Positions 52,888 to 63,617 of a stretch of 64,000 nt of DNA are shown piece by piece. The stretch comes from Trichormus sp. ATA11-4-KO1 (GTDB taxonomy: Bacteria; Cyanobacteriota; Cyanobacteriia; Cyanobacteriales; Nostocaceae). Positions within the stretch are counted from its first letter, which is position 1, and each line of letters opens with the position of its first letter. The stretch lies in assembly GCA_019358915.1 (NCBI GenBank), contig JAHHIM010000073.1, forward strand, positions 256,001 to 320,000, read 5' to 3'. A program made the translations under genes and the position numbers. Under the pieces are notes generated by a model that saw only the letters and a program-made list of their open reading frames with translations, had not been told where the DNA came from and ran no database searches.

Positions 52888-54675
52888 ATGAATCAGCCCA
52901 CCCGTTCAAGTTTGGATTTTGCGAAAAGTTTTGTGGAGAAGCCAGCACTACACAGAGAAGTCGTAAAGAGGGTTTCCCTCCAGGCGAACTTCTCTGAGAT
53001 TTTTCCAACCCAGGCGACTGGCTGTAATCTTCTTGGGGAGCAAACTTTTCTAGGCGGATTTCGGATTTGGGATTGCGCCAATCAAGTATCCGTTATGTTG
53101 CGTCGGCTATTGCCAATTTTGATGGCAACAATAATTTTATGGTGGGGATTAACGCCAGAAGTGGCTCTAGCTCAGACTCAGACTGCACCTCCCCAAAGAA
53201 CCCTGCGACCTGGCAAAATTCCCACCCCAGCCGAGCAAAGTTCGATTCAACCTTATTTGGATCGGGTGATTGAGCAGTTGACGGAGTTTCGCCTTGACAA
53301 TGGGATGAAGTTCATTGTCTTGGAACGACATCAAGCACCTGTAGTTTCTTTTGTTACTTATGCCGATGTTGGTGGTGTGGATGAGCCAGATGGAAAAACT
53401 GGTGTGGCACACTTTCTAGAACATTTAGCGTTTAAAGGGACAACGCGCATTGGTACAAAAGATTACAAAGCAGAGAAATCTTTACTAGACCGCTTAGAAC
53501 AGTTGGATGCCCAAATTAGAACAGCGAAAGCCAATAACAAACAAGATGATGTGGCTCAATTGCAAACTGAGTTTAAGCAAGTAGAAGCGCAAGCAGACAA
53601 GCTAGTTAAACAAAACGAATTGGGGCAAATTGTTAACCAAGCCGGAGGTGTGGATTTAAATGCTACCACTTCGGCGGAAGCTACCCGTTACTTTTACAGC
53701 TTTCCAGCGAATAAGCTCAAACTCTGGATGTCCCTGGAATCGGAGCGCTTTCTTGACCCTGTAATTCGTCGTGAGTTTTATAAAGAAAAAGATGTCATTT
53801 TAGAAGAGCGACGGATGCGGGTGGAGAATTCGCCCATCGGCATGATGGTAGAGAAATTTATTGATACGGCTTTCAAAGTCCATCCCTACAGGCGGCCAGT
53901 GATTGGTTATGACGAAGATATCCGCAATCTGACACCGGGAGATGTGCAGCAGTTCTTTGACACTCACTATCCACCCAGTAATTTAACGATCGCAGTTGTC
54001 GGAGATGTTGATCCAGCTGAGGTGAAAAGACTGGCACAAATTTATTTTGGCCGCTATCAGTCCAGACCCAAAGCACAAGCAAATATTCCAGCTGAACCAC
54101 CACAAACACAAACACGGGAATTTACTTTAGAACTACCTTCTCAACCTTGGTATTTAGAAGGCTATCACCGCCCAGCAGTTACCCATGCTGATCATGCCGT
54201 ATATGAAATCATTGGTAGTTTATTGAGTGACGGGCGCACGTCGCGATTGTATAAATCTTTGGTAGAACAGCAACGCTTGGCATTAAATGCCCAAGGTTTT
54301 GGTGGTTTTCCTGGGGATAAATATCCAAATCTCATGTTATTCTATGCTCTCACTGCTCCCGGTCACACGGTTGATGAGGTGGCAATAGCTTTGCGTCAAG
54401 AAATCGACAAATTGAAAACCGAACCTGTAACGGCGGCTGAGTTACAACGAGTGAAAACTCAAGCACGGGCGAGTTTGTTACGTAGTCTCAATTCCAACAT
54501 GGGTATGGCACAGCAGTTATTGGAATATGAGGTGAAAACTGGCTCTTGGCGAAATTTATTCAAGCAGTTAGATGAAATTGCGGCGGTAACAACTGCCGAT
54601 ATTCAGCGTGTGGCCAAAGCGTCGTTTACGCCAGAGAATCGCACCATTGGCAAGCTGTTGTCGAAACAGGGGTAA
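52888..54675 (+). CDS. M16 family zinc peptidase (catalytic subunit)
   Basis: HFLEH inverted zincin motif, NATTS, EERR, HPYRRPVIG; alternative start ATG 53095. Confidence 0.9.
   Translation: MNQPTRSSLDFAKSFVEKPALHREVVKRVSLQANFSEIFPTQATGCNLLGEQTFLGGFRIWDCANQVSVMLRRLLPILMATIILWWGLTPEVALAQTQTAPPQRTLRPGKIPTPAEQSSIQPYLDRVIEQLTEFRLDNGMKFIVLERHQAPVVSFVTYADVGGVDEPDGKTGVAHFLEHLAFKGTTRIGTKDYKAEKSLLDRLEQLDAQIRTAKANNKQDDVAQLQTEFKQVEAQADKLVKQNELGQIVNQAGGVDLNATTSAEATRYFYSFPANKLKLWMSLESERFLDPVIRREFYKEKDVILEERRMRVENSPIGMMVEKFIDTAFKVHPYRRPVIGYDEDIRNLTPGDVQQFFDTHYPPSNLTIAVVGDVDPAEVKRLAQIYFGRYQSRPKAQANIPAEPPQTQTREFTLELPSQPWYLEGYHRPAVTHADHAVYEIIGSLLSDGRTSRLYKSLVEQQRLALNAQGFGGFPGDKYPNLMLFYALTAPGHTVDEVAIALRQEIDKLKTEPVTAAELQRVKTQARASLLRSLNSNMGMAQQLLEYEVKTGSWRNLFKQLDEIAAVTTADIQRVAKASFTPENRTIGKLLSKQG
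52911..53075. repeat. Nested short-repeat stack inside the peptidase 5' region
   Basis: GGATTT units > AAAAGTTT/AAACTTTT > GCCAG/CTGGC > CAGAGAAGT/ACTTCTCTG with a GAGGGTTTCCCTC core. Confidence 0.7.
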
Positions 54676-54712
54676 GGAAAAATGAACCGCAAAGCAGGCA
54701 AAGGAAGAGAGT

Positions 54713-56251
54713 ATGCAGAGAGACAAGGTGAAGGGGAACAGGCAGATGGCATTGAAAATTCCCAGTTTTAAATTTAAACTTCGCAAGAGCAAGCGGCTTT
54801 TTTACGCTTTGATGCTGTCTGTTGCTTGTTTACTTTTAACTTTTAACTTTTCTTTGGCGGCGACGGCAGCAGCCAAGCATTACACTGAGTTAGAGTTGCC
54901 ACCACTGCCTGAGATTAAGTTACCCAAGTATGAGCGGTTTGTGCTGCAAAACGGCTTGGTTGTGTATTTAATGGAAGACCACGATCTGCCATTAGTGAAT
55001 GGTACGGCGTTGGTGCGGACAGGAAGTCGCTGGGAACCTGGTGATCAAGTGGGCTTGGCTGGTTTGACAGGTGAGGTGATGCGGACTGGAGGAACTAAGA
55101 AGCATTCCCCTGATCAACTCAATGAGATGTTAGAACAAAGAGCTGCTGCCGTAGAAACTAGTATCAGCGAAGCTACAGGTAATGCGAGCTTTCAGTCACT
55201 GAGTGAAGATTTAGAAACAGTATTTGGACTGTTTGCTGAAGTACTGAGAGAGCCAGTATTTGCTCAATCAAAGCTAGATTTAGCCAAAACACAAGCTAGG
55301 GGTAGTATTGCCCGACGCAATGACGATCCAGAGAGTATTGCTAGTCGGGAATTTCAGAAATTGATCTATGGCAAAGATAGCCCTTACGCTCGCACAATAG
55401 AGTATGGCACGGTGGATAATATTTCCCGTGAGGATTTGTTGCAGTTCTACCAGCAATATTTTCACCCCAATAATATGATTTTGGGGATTGTGGGGGATTT
55501 TGAACCTAAAAAAATGCGATCGCTTATTCAAGCTAAGTTTGGGAATTGGCGGCGCCATCCCCAAATCACTAAACCTGATTTATCAGAGGTGACACCAGCT
55601 CATACTGGTGGTGTCTTTTTTGTGAATCAGCCACAACTAACTCAGAGTAGCGTTCTGATTGGGCATTTAGGCGGTAAGTTCGACAATCCAGATTATGCAG
55701 CCCTGGATGTGATGAATGGGGTATTAAATGGATTTGGTGGCAGATTGTTAAATGAGGTGCGATCGCGCCAAGGTTTAGCTTATTCTGTTTATGGTTACTG
55801 GAGTCCCCGTTTTGATTATCCGGGGATGTTCATTGCTGGTGGACAAACGCGATCGGATGCTACTGTACAGTTTGTCAAAGCTTTACAAGCTGAAATCAAA
55901 CGCATCCAAGCGCAACCTGTAACCGCTAACGAACTGGCTTTTGCTAAAGAATCTACCCTCAACTCTTTTGTATTCAACTTTCAAAACCCCAGCCAAACCT
56001 TATCACGGCTCATGCGATATGAATATTACGGCTATCCGGCTGATTTTCTCTTCCGCTATCAAAAAGCCGTAGCCGCCACAACAGAGGCTGATGTGCAACG
56101 GGTCGCGAGAGAATACCTCAAGCCAGAAAATATGGTGACTTTAGTCGTAGGAAATCAAACCACTATTAAACCGCCGTTGACGCAGCTAGCCGCACAGGTA
56201 ACGCCAATAGATGTGACAATTCCTGATTCTCAATCACAGGCGAAGAGTTAA
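54713..56251 (+). CDS. M16 family peptidase-like partner (no HxxEH)
   Basis: LQNGLVVYLMED, RTGGT, GGRLLNEVRSRQGLAYSV; signal peptide. Confidence 0.9.
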   Translation: MQRDKVKGNRQMALKIPSFKFKLRKSKRLFYALMLSVACLLLTFNFSLAATAAAKHYTELELPPLPEIKLPKYERFVLQNGLVVYLMEDHDLPLVNGTALVRTGSRWEPGDQVGLAGLTGEVMRTGGTKKHSPDQLNEMLEQRAAAVETSISEATGNASFQSLSEDLETVFGLFAEVLREPVFAQSKLDLAKTQARGSIARRNDDPESIASREFQKLIYGKDSPYARTIEYGTVDNISREDLLQFYQQYFHPNNMILGIVGDFEPKKMRSLIQAKFGNWRRHPQITKPDLSEVTPAHTGGVFFVNQPQLTQSSVLIGHLGGKFDNPDYAALDVMNGVLNGFGGRLLNEVRSRQGLAYSVYGYWSPRFDYPGMFIAGGQTRSDATVQFVKALQAEIKRIQAQPVTANELAFAKESTLNSFVFNFQNPSQTLSRLMRYEYYGYPADFLFRYQKAVAATTEADVQRVAREYLKPENMVTLVVGNQTTIKPPLTQLAAQVTPIDVTIPDSQSQAKS

Positions 56252-56263
56252 ACCAACAGTATC

Positions 56264-56289
56264 TAGAGACGCAATACATTGCGTCTCTA
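56264..56289. repeat. REP-like perfect palindrome / terminator
   Basis: TAGAGACGCAAT-AC-ATTGCGTCTCTA. Confidence 0.75.
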
Positions 56290-56292
56290 TTT

Positions 56293-56495
56293 AACGTGAG
56301 TTTCCAACGGAGGCGCACCTGCAAGAAGAGCGAAAGAAACATAATCCTCCATACTTTTTACTCCTCACTCAGTACTCAGCACGGGCTATAAGCGCAGCCA
56401 TGCCCGCAGGGCTTTACAGCACTCAGCACTATTTCTTAGGAGTTCGACGAACCTCTCCCTCCCAGCCTTCCTCTCCTGCAAGGACAGGGAGGAGT
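56293..56495. mobile_element. Degenerate MITE family B left end interrupted by a nested insert
   Basis: AACGTGAGTT[about 137 bp]GAGTTCGACGAACCTC; GAGTT is duplicated. Confidence 0.55.
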
Positions 56496-56565
56496 AAAAG
56501 CAAGCAGCAATTAATTGGGCGGGTACAATTAAAGTCAAAAGATGTGCTACGGAAAATTAGACATC

Positions 56566-57324
56566 ATGTATCAAACCGACCCACCGCGTTCTCCCCAAGA
56601 ATTTCTACCCACAATGTATGACCTCCCTAGCGAAGACCCAGAGGAAACAGGTTTGCCAGACGAATATCATCTGATACAACCCCAATTATTACGTGAAACT
56701 TTTACACCTAGCAATTATCCAGTAGATCAAGTATTCAATGCCACAGATTTCAATCTTTACTATGATGTGCGTCATCCCCTGTGGTATAAACGCCCTGATT
56801 GGTTTGCTGTAGTTAATGTACCAAGGTTGTATCAGCAAAAAGAATTACGTCTGAGTTATGTAACTTGGCAAGAAGGTGTTAATCCCTTTATTGTGGTAGA
56901 GCTACTTTCACCAGGGACAGAAAAAGAAGACTTAGGGCAAATTTTGCGTGATGCTAATCAACCGCCAACTAAGTGGGAAGTTTATGAGCGAATTTTAAGA
57001 GTACCTTATTATGTAGTTTTTGACCGCTACACAGACCATTTACGCGCTTTTCAATTAGTGGGAAGTAGCTACGCAGAGTTAGACTTACGCCAGCCTCGCT
57101 TATGGCTGAATGACATTGAACTAGGTTTAGGACTTTGGCAAGGTGTGTATCAGGGAAGCGATCGCTTATGGTTACGTTGGTATGATGCTCAAGGTAATTG
57201 GATTTTAACCGCCCAAGAGCAAGAAAGAAAACAAGTAGAAAAAGAAAGACGACGAGTAGAAAGATTAGCAGAACAATTACGAGCTTTAGGAATTGAACCT
57301 GATTTGGGTGATGAGGAAGAATAA
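56566..57324 (+). CDS. Uma2 family putative endonuclease
   Basis: LPTMYDLPSE, KRPDWF, VVELLSPGT, KWEVYERILRVPYY, WLRWYD. Confidence 0.9.
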   Translation: MYQTDPPRSPQEFLPTMYDLPSEDPEETGLPDEYHLIQPQLLRETFTPSNYPVDQVFNATDFNLYYDVRHPLWYKRPDWFAVVNVPRLYQQKELRLSYVTWQEGVNPFIVVELLSPGTEKEDLGQILRDANQPPTKWEVYERILRVPYYVVFDRYTDHLRAFQLVGSSYAELDLRQPRLWLNDIELGLGLWQGVYQGSDRLWLRWYDAQGNWILTAQEQERKQVEKERRRVERLAEQLRALGIEPDLGDEEE

Positions 57325-57389
57325 ATTTTCCTCACACCCTACTATGCAATTCTACGTACTTATGTAGCTTTGACTTCCACTAGCATGGT

Positions 57390-57914
57390 TTATTTCATAA
57401 TTGAAAGTTGGTAAATCGCATTTAATTGATTTGAAACGGAATTGGGAATGTCTACTGTATAGGCACGTAGTAAATCCCGTTGCATTTGGATACGCGCACG
57501 CAGCAGTGCATCACTTGTAGATTCATTTTGAGCTTGACATACAAAATTGTATGTTGCATGTCCTAAAGTTCCTTGCTCTACTCTTCTTACTGGCGCATTA
57601 TCATAACGTTGATTTAGAATCACATTTCTTTGTCTATTAAAAGCTATTATTTCTTGAACTTGAAATACACCTGAATTGCAATCTGTAATTTGTTGGTAAC
57701 CAACAAGTTTAGCCCCATCTTGTGTTGGTCGTGAATATACCACTCTGAGACGATAACTAACAAGTGAACCAGAACTTTGAATTGAATTCAAATCAACATC
57801 TACACTGTCACCATTACGAGAATTGGCAATATTGAGCCAATCCATAGATTGAGCTTGAACAGGAAACATAGAGGAAAATGCCAGTATCAATGCTAAACTA
57901 AATTTTTTCAACAT
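57390..57914 (-). CDS. Secreted protein (surface-adhesin-E-like)
   Basis: Signal peptide (VQA), W...VDLNSI, DC...FVC cysteine pair. Confidence 0.6.
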   Translation of the reverse strand: MLKKFSLALILAFSSMFPVQAQSMDWLNIANSRNGDSVDVDLNSIQSSGSLVSYRLRVVYSRPTQDGAKLVGYQQITDCNSGVFQVQEIIAFNRQRNVILNQRYDNAPVRRVEQGTLGHATYNFVCQAQNESTSDALLRARIQMQRDLLRAYTVDIPNSVSNQLNAIYQLSIMK

Positions 57915-58156
57915 ATACTTTCACTTCTACATATATCCAATTTGACTGTGAAGTGAAATAAAAAAAACCGTTTTTTCTCGTATTTTTGATTAAAGTTATT
58001 TTAAAGCTAATTTCTTTTCTTCAGTGGGTTAATTTTTAATTTTACAAACTAACGATTATGAAACTTCATAATGCAGAATTTGAGTTGAAACACTCTATCA
58101 ATTTCACAAATATATGAGGGCGATCGCACATAACGCCCACCCTCAAAATTAATAGA

Positions 58157-61100
58157 TTAAGCGCTAAAGTACTTAGCCACCGGATGATAAGCAATAATCG
58201 CCGTCGTAGACTGTTCTGGATAAAGCTGCTCACTTTCATCCATATACAGATTAATCCTGTCAGTCTCTAACAACTCCAATTGCTTATATTGATCCTGAAT
58301 ATTCGGACAAGCCGGATAGCCAAAACTATACCGTGAACCAGAATAACGCTGTGCCAAAACATCCCGAATATTATCCGGTTCCTCAGCTACAAAACCCAAC
58401 TCCCGCCTAATTCTCGCGTGAGTCCATTCCGCCAACGCCTCAGCTACCTGCACAGCCAAACCGTGAAAATACAGATAATCAGTGTATTGGTCAGCAGCAA
58501 ATAACTTTTGAGCAAACTCCGTCGCAATATCCCCCACAGTCACCGCCTGCATCGGAAACACATCTATCACCCCCGACTCCTTTGGCGCAAAGAAATCAGC
58601 AATACACAACCGCCGCAAAGACCTCTGTCTCGGAAACTCAAAACTCGCTCTTACCTCCGCGTCCTTGGCGCCTTGGCGGTTCGCATTATAAACATACAAC
58701 GTATTCCCCTCAGCCTGACAAGGAAAATACCCATAAATCACCTGAGGATGCAACAAATTCTCCCCAATCACCCTTTCCTTCCAACCTGCCAAAATCGGAT
58801 AAACCTTCTCATCCAAGAAAGCCTGATACTCCTCCTTAGACTGTTCCTTCGGCTTACGGAATTGCCATTGTCCAGCAACCAACGCCTGTAAATCCAAATA
58901 TGAAAAAACCTCCTCCAAAGGAATATCACCAGGCTGTAATAACTGAGTTCCCCAGAAAGGCGGCGTAGGACGGGGAATATCTATAGCGACAGCTTCAGAA
59001 CGACGGGTATCGATGGGGACTGGGGATTGGGGACTGGGGACTGGGGAGGATTCACTTGTGGATGGGGAGGTGGTAATTTCTGGTTCTGCTTCTACCTCAT
59101 CCAAAAATCCTTGCAAATCATCCCAATTACTAGCAGCCTTGGCTGGCATTAATTTATCCATAAAATGCAAATCAGCAAAGGCATCTTTACCATACACCAC
59201 CTTACCCTTGTAGGTGTTTTGGCAATCTTGATGCACAAATTTGGGGGTTAGTGCTGCACCACCTAAAATTACAGGAACTGTAATTCCCTTTTCATTAAAA
59301 GCCTGTAAATTCTCTTTCATAAAGGCGGTAGATTTCACCAGCAAACCACTCATGGCAATACAATCAGCTTTGTGCTGTTCGTAAGCCTGGATAATATTTT
59401 CCACCGGCTGCTTAATTCCCAGGTTAATCACCTTGTAACCATTGTTGGACAAGATAATATCTACCAAGTTTTTCCCAATATCATGCACATCACCTTTGAC
59501 GGTGGCAATGATAAAGGTTCCCTTGGCATTATTGCCAGATTCTGATTTTTCCATGAACGGTTCTAAATATGCAACCGCCGTTTTCATGGTTTCCGCAGAT
59601 TGTAAGACAAAAGGTAGTTGCATTTGTCCTGAACCAAATAACTCACCGACAACCTTCATCCCATCCAGCAGAAAGGTGTTGATAATTTCCAAAGGGGGAT
59701 ATTTGTCTAAAGCTTGTTTGAGTTGGTCTTCTAAACCAATGCGTTCGCCGTCGATGATATGGCGTTTCAAGCGTTCTTCGATGGGGAGACTTTCATCCAC
59801 ACCGCGATCGCGTTTAGTCGTGACCCCTGCAAACAGTGTGGTCAGCTCTCCTAAAGGATCATAAACGCAGATATCACCCTCAAATTTGCGCTGATCATAA
59901 ATTAAGTCACGACAAACTTCTTGATGCTTGGCCTCAATTTTAGATAGCGGTAAAATTTTGTTAGGGCTGACAATGGCTGCATCCATGCCGGCTGTCATTG
60001 CCTCATGCAAAAACATCGAATTCAGCACAACTCGCGCTGCTGGGTTCAAACCAAAGGAAATATTAGATACTCCCAAAATTACATGGCATCCTGGTAATTC
60101 TTGGCGAATCCGCCGGATCGCTTCTATAGTAGCCTTGCCATTAGCTCGGTCTTCTTCAATCCCTGTAGAAATTGGTAGTGCTAAAGTATCAAAAAAGATT
60201 TCTGTGGACGGAATCCCATATTCTACAACTTGCCGATAAGCACGCTGGGCAATTTCAAACTTCTTCTCTGCTGTCCGCGCCATGCCATCTTCATCGATAG
60301 TCCCAATGACTACACCAGCACCGTACTTTTTCGCTAATTCCAGTACCTTAAGAAAACGCGGTTCCCCGTCTTCGTAGTTGGTGGAGTTGAGCAGACACTT
60401 ACCCCCGGCAACCTTTAATCCTGCCTCCATTTTTTCCCATTCTGTAGAGTCCAGCATCAAAGGCAGCGTAACATTATTAACAATGCGGGAAACTAACTCG
60501 CGCATGTCCCGCACACCGTCACGTCCCACGTAATCGACGTTGACATCCAGGATGTGTGCGCCTTCTTTAACTTGCGCCCTAGCCATTGACACCAGTCCAT
60601 CCCAATCTTCCGCGTTTAATAAATCACGGCACTTCTTGGAACCACTGGCGTTGAGACGTTCACCGACAATTAAGAAGGAATTATCTTGGTCGTAGGGCTG
60701 AGTAGTATAAATTGATGCGGCGGCTGGTTCTAAGCTTGGTTGTCTGGTTTTAGGTTTCAGTTCTTGGGCAATTTCTGCCAATTGTTGAATATGTTCTGGA
60801 CGTGTCCCACAGCAACCCCCAATCACTTGGACACCCAAATCTTCAACAAAGTGCATTAAAGCCATACGTAATTCTATTGGTGTCAAGCGGTAATGTGCTT
60901 GACCGCCAACGTTCTCTGGTAAACCGGCATTGGGTATACAAGAGACAATGAAAGGTGAATGTTCTGATAGATACTTGATATGTGGTTTCATCAAGTCTGG
61001 GCCTGTGGCACAATTTAAACCCAGGATATCTATCGGATATGGTTCGAGAATTGTCAGGACGGCGCTGATTTCGGAACCTACCAGCATTGTCCCCATGCTT

Positions 61101-61693
61101 TCCATTGTCACAGATACCATTAATGGGCGGCGTTCTTTCTTCTTGGCAAAGACTTCTTCGATACCATTCAATGCTGCTTTGATTTGCAGCACATCTTGGC
61201 AAGTTTCTACCAAAAATAAATCAACACCACCATCAAATAGCGCTTCGGCTTGTTCGGCGAAAGACGCTTTCAGGGTATCAAAGTCAATATGTCCTAAAGT
61301 TGGGAGTTTGGTTGTGGGGCCTATGGAACCGGCGACAAATCGCGGTTTTTCTGGTGTGGAAAATTCGGCGGCGACGCGCTTGGCTAGTTCTACTGCTGTT
61401 TTGTTTAAGTAATAGGTTTTGTCTGCTAAGTCATATTCTGCTAAGACAATTGATGTTGCACCAAAGGTGTCGGTTTCAATGACATCAGCGCCGGCGGCGA
61501 GAAAGTCGCGGTGAACTTTGGCGACAGCTTCGGGTTTGGTATGGACTAGGTATTCGTTACAACCTTCATATTGTGGACCCCCGAAATCTTCGGCCGTGAG
61601 GTTTTGGGTTTGCAGGTTGGTTCCCATTGCACCGTCAAAGACGATAACTGGACGGTTGGGACTACGCAGGCGTTCTAGGAAAGGATGAGTCAT
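58157..61693 (-). CDS. metH: B12-dependent methionine synthase
   Basis: [37 protein letters not shown]. Confidence 0.98.
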   Translation of the reverse strand: MTHPFLERLRSPNRPVIVFDGAMGTNLQTQNLTAEDFGGPQYEGCNEYLVHTKPEAVAKVHRDFLAAGADVIETDTFGATSIVLAEYDLADKTYYLNKTAVELAKRVAAEFSTPEKPRFVAGSIGPTTKLPTLGHIDFDTLKASFAEQAEALFDGGVDLFLVETCQDVLQIKAALNGIEEVFAKKKERRPLMVSVTMESMGTMLVGSEISAVLTILEPYPIDILGLNCATGPDLMKPHIKYLSEHSPFIVSCIPNAGLPENVGGQAHYRLTPIELRMALMHFVEDLGVQVIGGCCGTRPEHIQQLAEIAQELKPKTRQPSLEPAAASIYTTQPYDQDNSFLIVGERLNASGSKKCRDLLNAEDWDGLVSMARAQVKEGAHILDVNVDYVGRDGVRDMRELVSRIVNNVTLPLMLDSTEWEKMEAGLKVAGGKCLLNSTNYEDGEPRFLKVLELAKKYGAGVVIGTIDEDGMARTAEKKFEIAQRAYRQVVEYGIPSTEIFFDTLALPISTGIEEDRANGKATIEAIRRIRQELPGCHVILGVSNISFGLNPAARVVLNSMFLHEAMTAGMDAAIVSPNKILPLSKIEAKHQEVCRDLIYDQRKFEGDICVYDPLGELTTLFAGVTTKRDRGVDESLPIEERLKRHIIDGERIGLEDQLKQALDKYPPLEIINTFLLDGMKVVGELFGSGQMQLPFVLQSAETMKTAVAYLEPFMEKSESGNNAKGTFIIATVKGDVHDIGKNLVDIILSNNGYKVINLGIKQPVENIIQAYEQHKADCIAMSGLLVKSTAFMKENLQAFNEKGITVPVILGGAALTPKFVHQDCQNTYKGKVVYGKDAFADLHFMDKLMPAKAASNWDDLQGFLDEVEAEPEITTSPSTSESSPVPSPQSPVPIDTRRSEAVAIDIPRPTPPFWGTQLLQPGDIPLEEVFSYLDLQALVAGQWQFRKPKEQSKEEYQAFLDEKVYPILAGWKERVIGENLLHPQVIYGYFPCQAEGNTLYVYNANRQGAKDAEVRASFEFPRQRSLRRLCIADFFAPKESGVIDVFPMQAVTVGDIATEFAQKLFAADQYTDYLYFHGLAVQVAEALAEWTHARIRRELGFVAEEPDNIRDVLAQRYSGSRYSFGYPACPNIQDQYKQLELLETDRINLYMDESEQLYPEQSTTAIIAYHPVAKYFSA
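58655..58682 (-). repeat. AACCGCCAAG-type repeat translated inside metH
   Basis: GAACCGCCAAGGCGCCAAGGACGCGGAG encodes NRQGAKDAE. Confidence 0.75.
59013..59047. repeat. STRR (GGGGACT)n translated inside the metH linker
   Basis: Encodes [11 protein letters not shown]. Confidence 0.85.
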
Positions 61694-61867
61694 GTTTTCC
61701 TAAGGGAAGTTTGTTCAGTCTTGTAATATTCGACTTAATTTATTATTTTCCCAAATTTGAGGGTTTCGGTAGTATTTAATCAAGTTCAATCTCATGCAAC
61801 TCACTCTTCACTCATCTTGATCTGAGTTTTCCCAGTTGGCGACGACAGAATGAGGGTTTGAGGGTGC

Positions 61868-62221
61868 TTATAATTCCAAAGCTGCTATGAGACAAAAATT
61901 CACCTGATTAATCGCCTCAAATGAAAGAGAACCCAGCTGTCTGAGAAGCATGGATTTATTTAAAGTAAAAATTGACTCACAGCGAACTACAGACTCAACT
62001 CTAATACCTGCACTGGCAATTTCGTCTCCAGTTATTAAGTATTGCGTTACGGTTAAAGGGCGATTTGCGTTGGAAGTACAAGGCACAACCATCAAATCAT
62101 CAAGAATTTGGTTCCATTGATTTGCGGAAACGACTACACCAGGACGAACTTTAAATTGTGTCAACCCGGTTGAAGGCATGGGTACTCGACACAGTACAAC
62201 ATCACCGCGCTGTAAATTCAT
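61868..62221 (-). CDS. PemK/MazF family toxin
   Basis: QRGDVV, KVRPGVVVS, VVPCTS, GIRVESVVRC, LGSL. Confidence 0.88.
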   Translation of the reverse strand: MNLQRGDVVLCRVPMPSTGLTQFKVRPGVVVSANQWNQILDDLMVVPCTSNANRPLTVTQYLITGDEIASAGIRVESVVRCESIFTLNKSMLLRQLGSLSFEAINQVNFCLIAALEL

Positions 62222-62405
62222 CAGCAAATACTTCGTCGTAAATGTCATTATCAGGACTTACCCAATCCTGATAAGCCTGAGATTCTACTATCGGATTAAT
62301 AGATGTTTTCCTACTCTTGAGGAAAAGAGCAAAGTTCAGCAGTGCCAATAGTTGCTCATCGTTTAATTGCTCAATCACATTTAAAAGTTCTTGGCGAATG
62401 CTCAT
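62202..62405 (-). CDS. Putative antitoxin (DUF2281-like)
   Basis: IEQLNDEQL..LLNFALFLK, DWVSPDNDIYD; overlaps the toxin start. Confidence 0.7.
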   Translation of the reverse strand: MSIRQELLNVIEQLNDEQLLALLNFALFLKSRKTSINPIVESQAYQDWVSPDNDIYDEVFADEFTAR

Positions 62406-62473
62406 GGGATTATCGATAGCTTACTATCTTTAGGTTACTATGAGTTTCAATCCTTGCAAAGAACTCTCTGAAT

Positions 62474-63592
62474 TTACTTTAAAAATAACGTAGCAAGAAT
62501 TTTTGAGTTATTTTGACCAAATTTAGTTTTATTGATGATTTTATTTATACTGAGCTTTTGCATGTAAGTTGCTGTAATTGAAAGGAGGGTAATTACTAAA
62601 AAAGACAGGATATCATTGCTAAAAAAATATAGATTTATTTGCAAGAAAAATTTTGGTAAATGCAGGGAAAATATATGCCACAAGTATATCCACAAGGTAG
62701 AACTACTTATAAAAACTATAATTTTCGTTACTCTTTTATCTTGATCGTTTAAATTATAAATAACCAATAATCTATCAACTAGTAAAAAAGCCAGCATGGA
62801 CATAAAAATGCCGTAAGATAAATAATAAAGCTTAGGAGGATATTTGAAACTTTGAGGATAAAGAATAGTTCCTTGTTGATTATAAAAATTGACAGCCAAT
62901 GCTAGAAATACTGTCAGAGAAATTCCCAAAATAACTAGTATGGATTTTCGTTTCATTCTGGGCAAAGTAAGACCTAAGCCAAATAAGCATCCATAGGGGA
63001 TAATGTACAAAAAATAATTTTGAATTATGCCGGACATTAAAGTATTTTCTATGTTAATGCTATCAATTAATTTTAATATAAATTCATGGCATACATGGCT
63101 GGCTAATAATACTAATAAAAAGTACTTTTTACTTTGGCATTTTTTGTATAAGTTGAGAACTAGGGTTGAGATAATAGCTATAATAACAAAGACACGAATT
63201 ATCCATACATAGCCAATACCTTCTAATAACAAAAAGCTTTCAATAATTTGTTGTCTAGAAAAAGGGTATTCCCTTTGCCTCATTAAAAATAAAATATAAT
63301 AAGAAATAAAGAAAAAACTCAGAAATAACCACACAGGAGCAATCAGCCGAGGAATTCTTTTTTGCAAATAATTCTTCAAAGAATATTTATTATGGTAACT
63401 AGAAGCATAAAAAAGCGCTCCAGATACAATTACCATGAGTTGAACATCAAAACTTCTAACATGGAATAAAATATTTCTGGGAATAACATGGGAAAGAATA
63501 ATCAGCAGTATACCTATAGTTTTTAAAAGATCAAATCTTATGTCTCTCTCTACGTTTTTTTGAGGTTCGACGAGAAGTACTGGATTGTGCAT
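62474..63592 (-). CDS. Acyltransferase family 3 membrane protein
   Basis: RFDLLK...SH, VSG, KRIPRL, TLWIYLWH; AT-rich. Confidence 0.85.
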   Translation of the reverse strand: MHNPVLLVEPQKNVERDIRFDLLKTIGILLIILSHVIPRNILFHVRSFDVQLMVIVSGALFYASSYHNKYSLKNYLQKRIPRLIAPVWLFLSFFFISYYILFLMRQREYPFSRQQIIESFLLLEGIGYVWIIRVFVIIAIISTLVLNLYKKCQSKKYFLLVLLASHVCHEFILKLIDSINIENTLMSGIIQNYFLYIIPYGCLFGLGLTLPRMKRKSILVILGISLTVFLALAVNFYNQQGTILYPQSFKYPPKLYYLSYGIFMSMLAFLLVDRLLVIYNLNDQDKRVTKIIVFISSSTLWIYLWHIFSLHLPKFFLQINLYFFSNDILSFLVITLLSITATYMQKLSINKIINKTKFGQNNSKILATLFLK

Positions 63593-63617
63593 TTTTTCAA
63601 TTTTTTAACATTTTAAA

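Noticed and set aside
58508..58891. Antisense ORFs over metH (also 29013-29255 and 31557-31844)
   Set aside because: By-products of the local A/C skew, which removes stop codons on the + strand; no protein motifs.
61694..61867. Cobalamin or SAM riboswitch upstream of metH
   Set aside because: No B12-box or S-box motifs recognisable.
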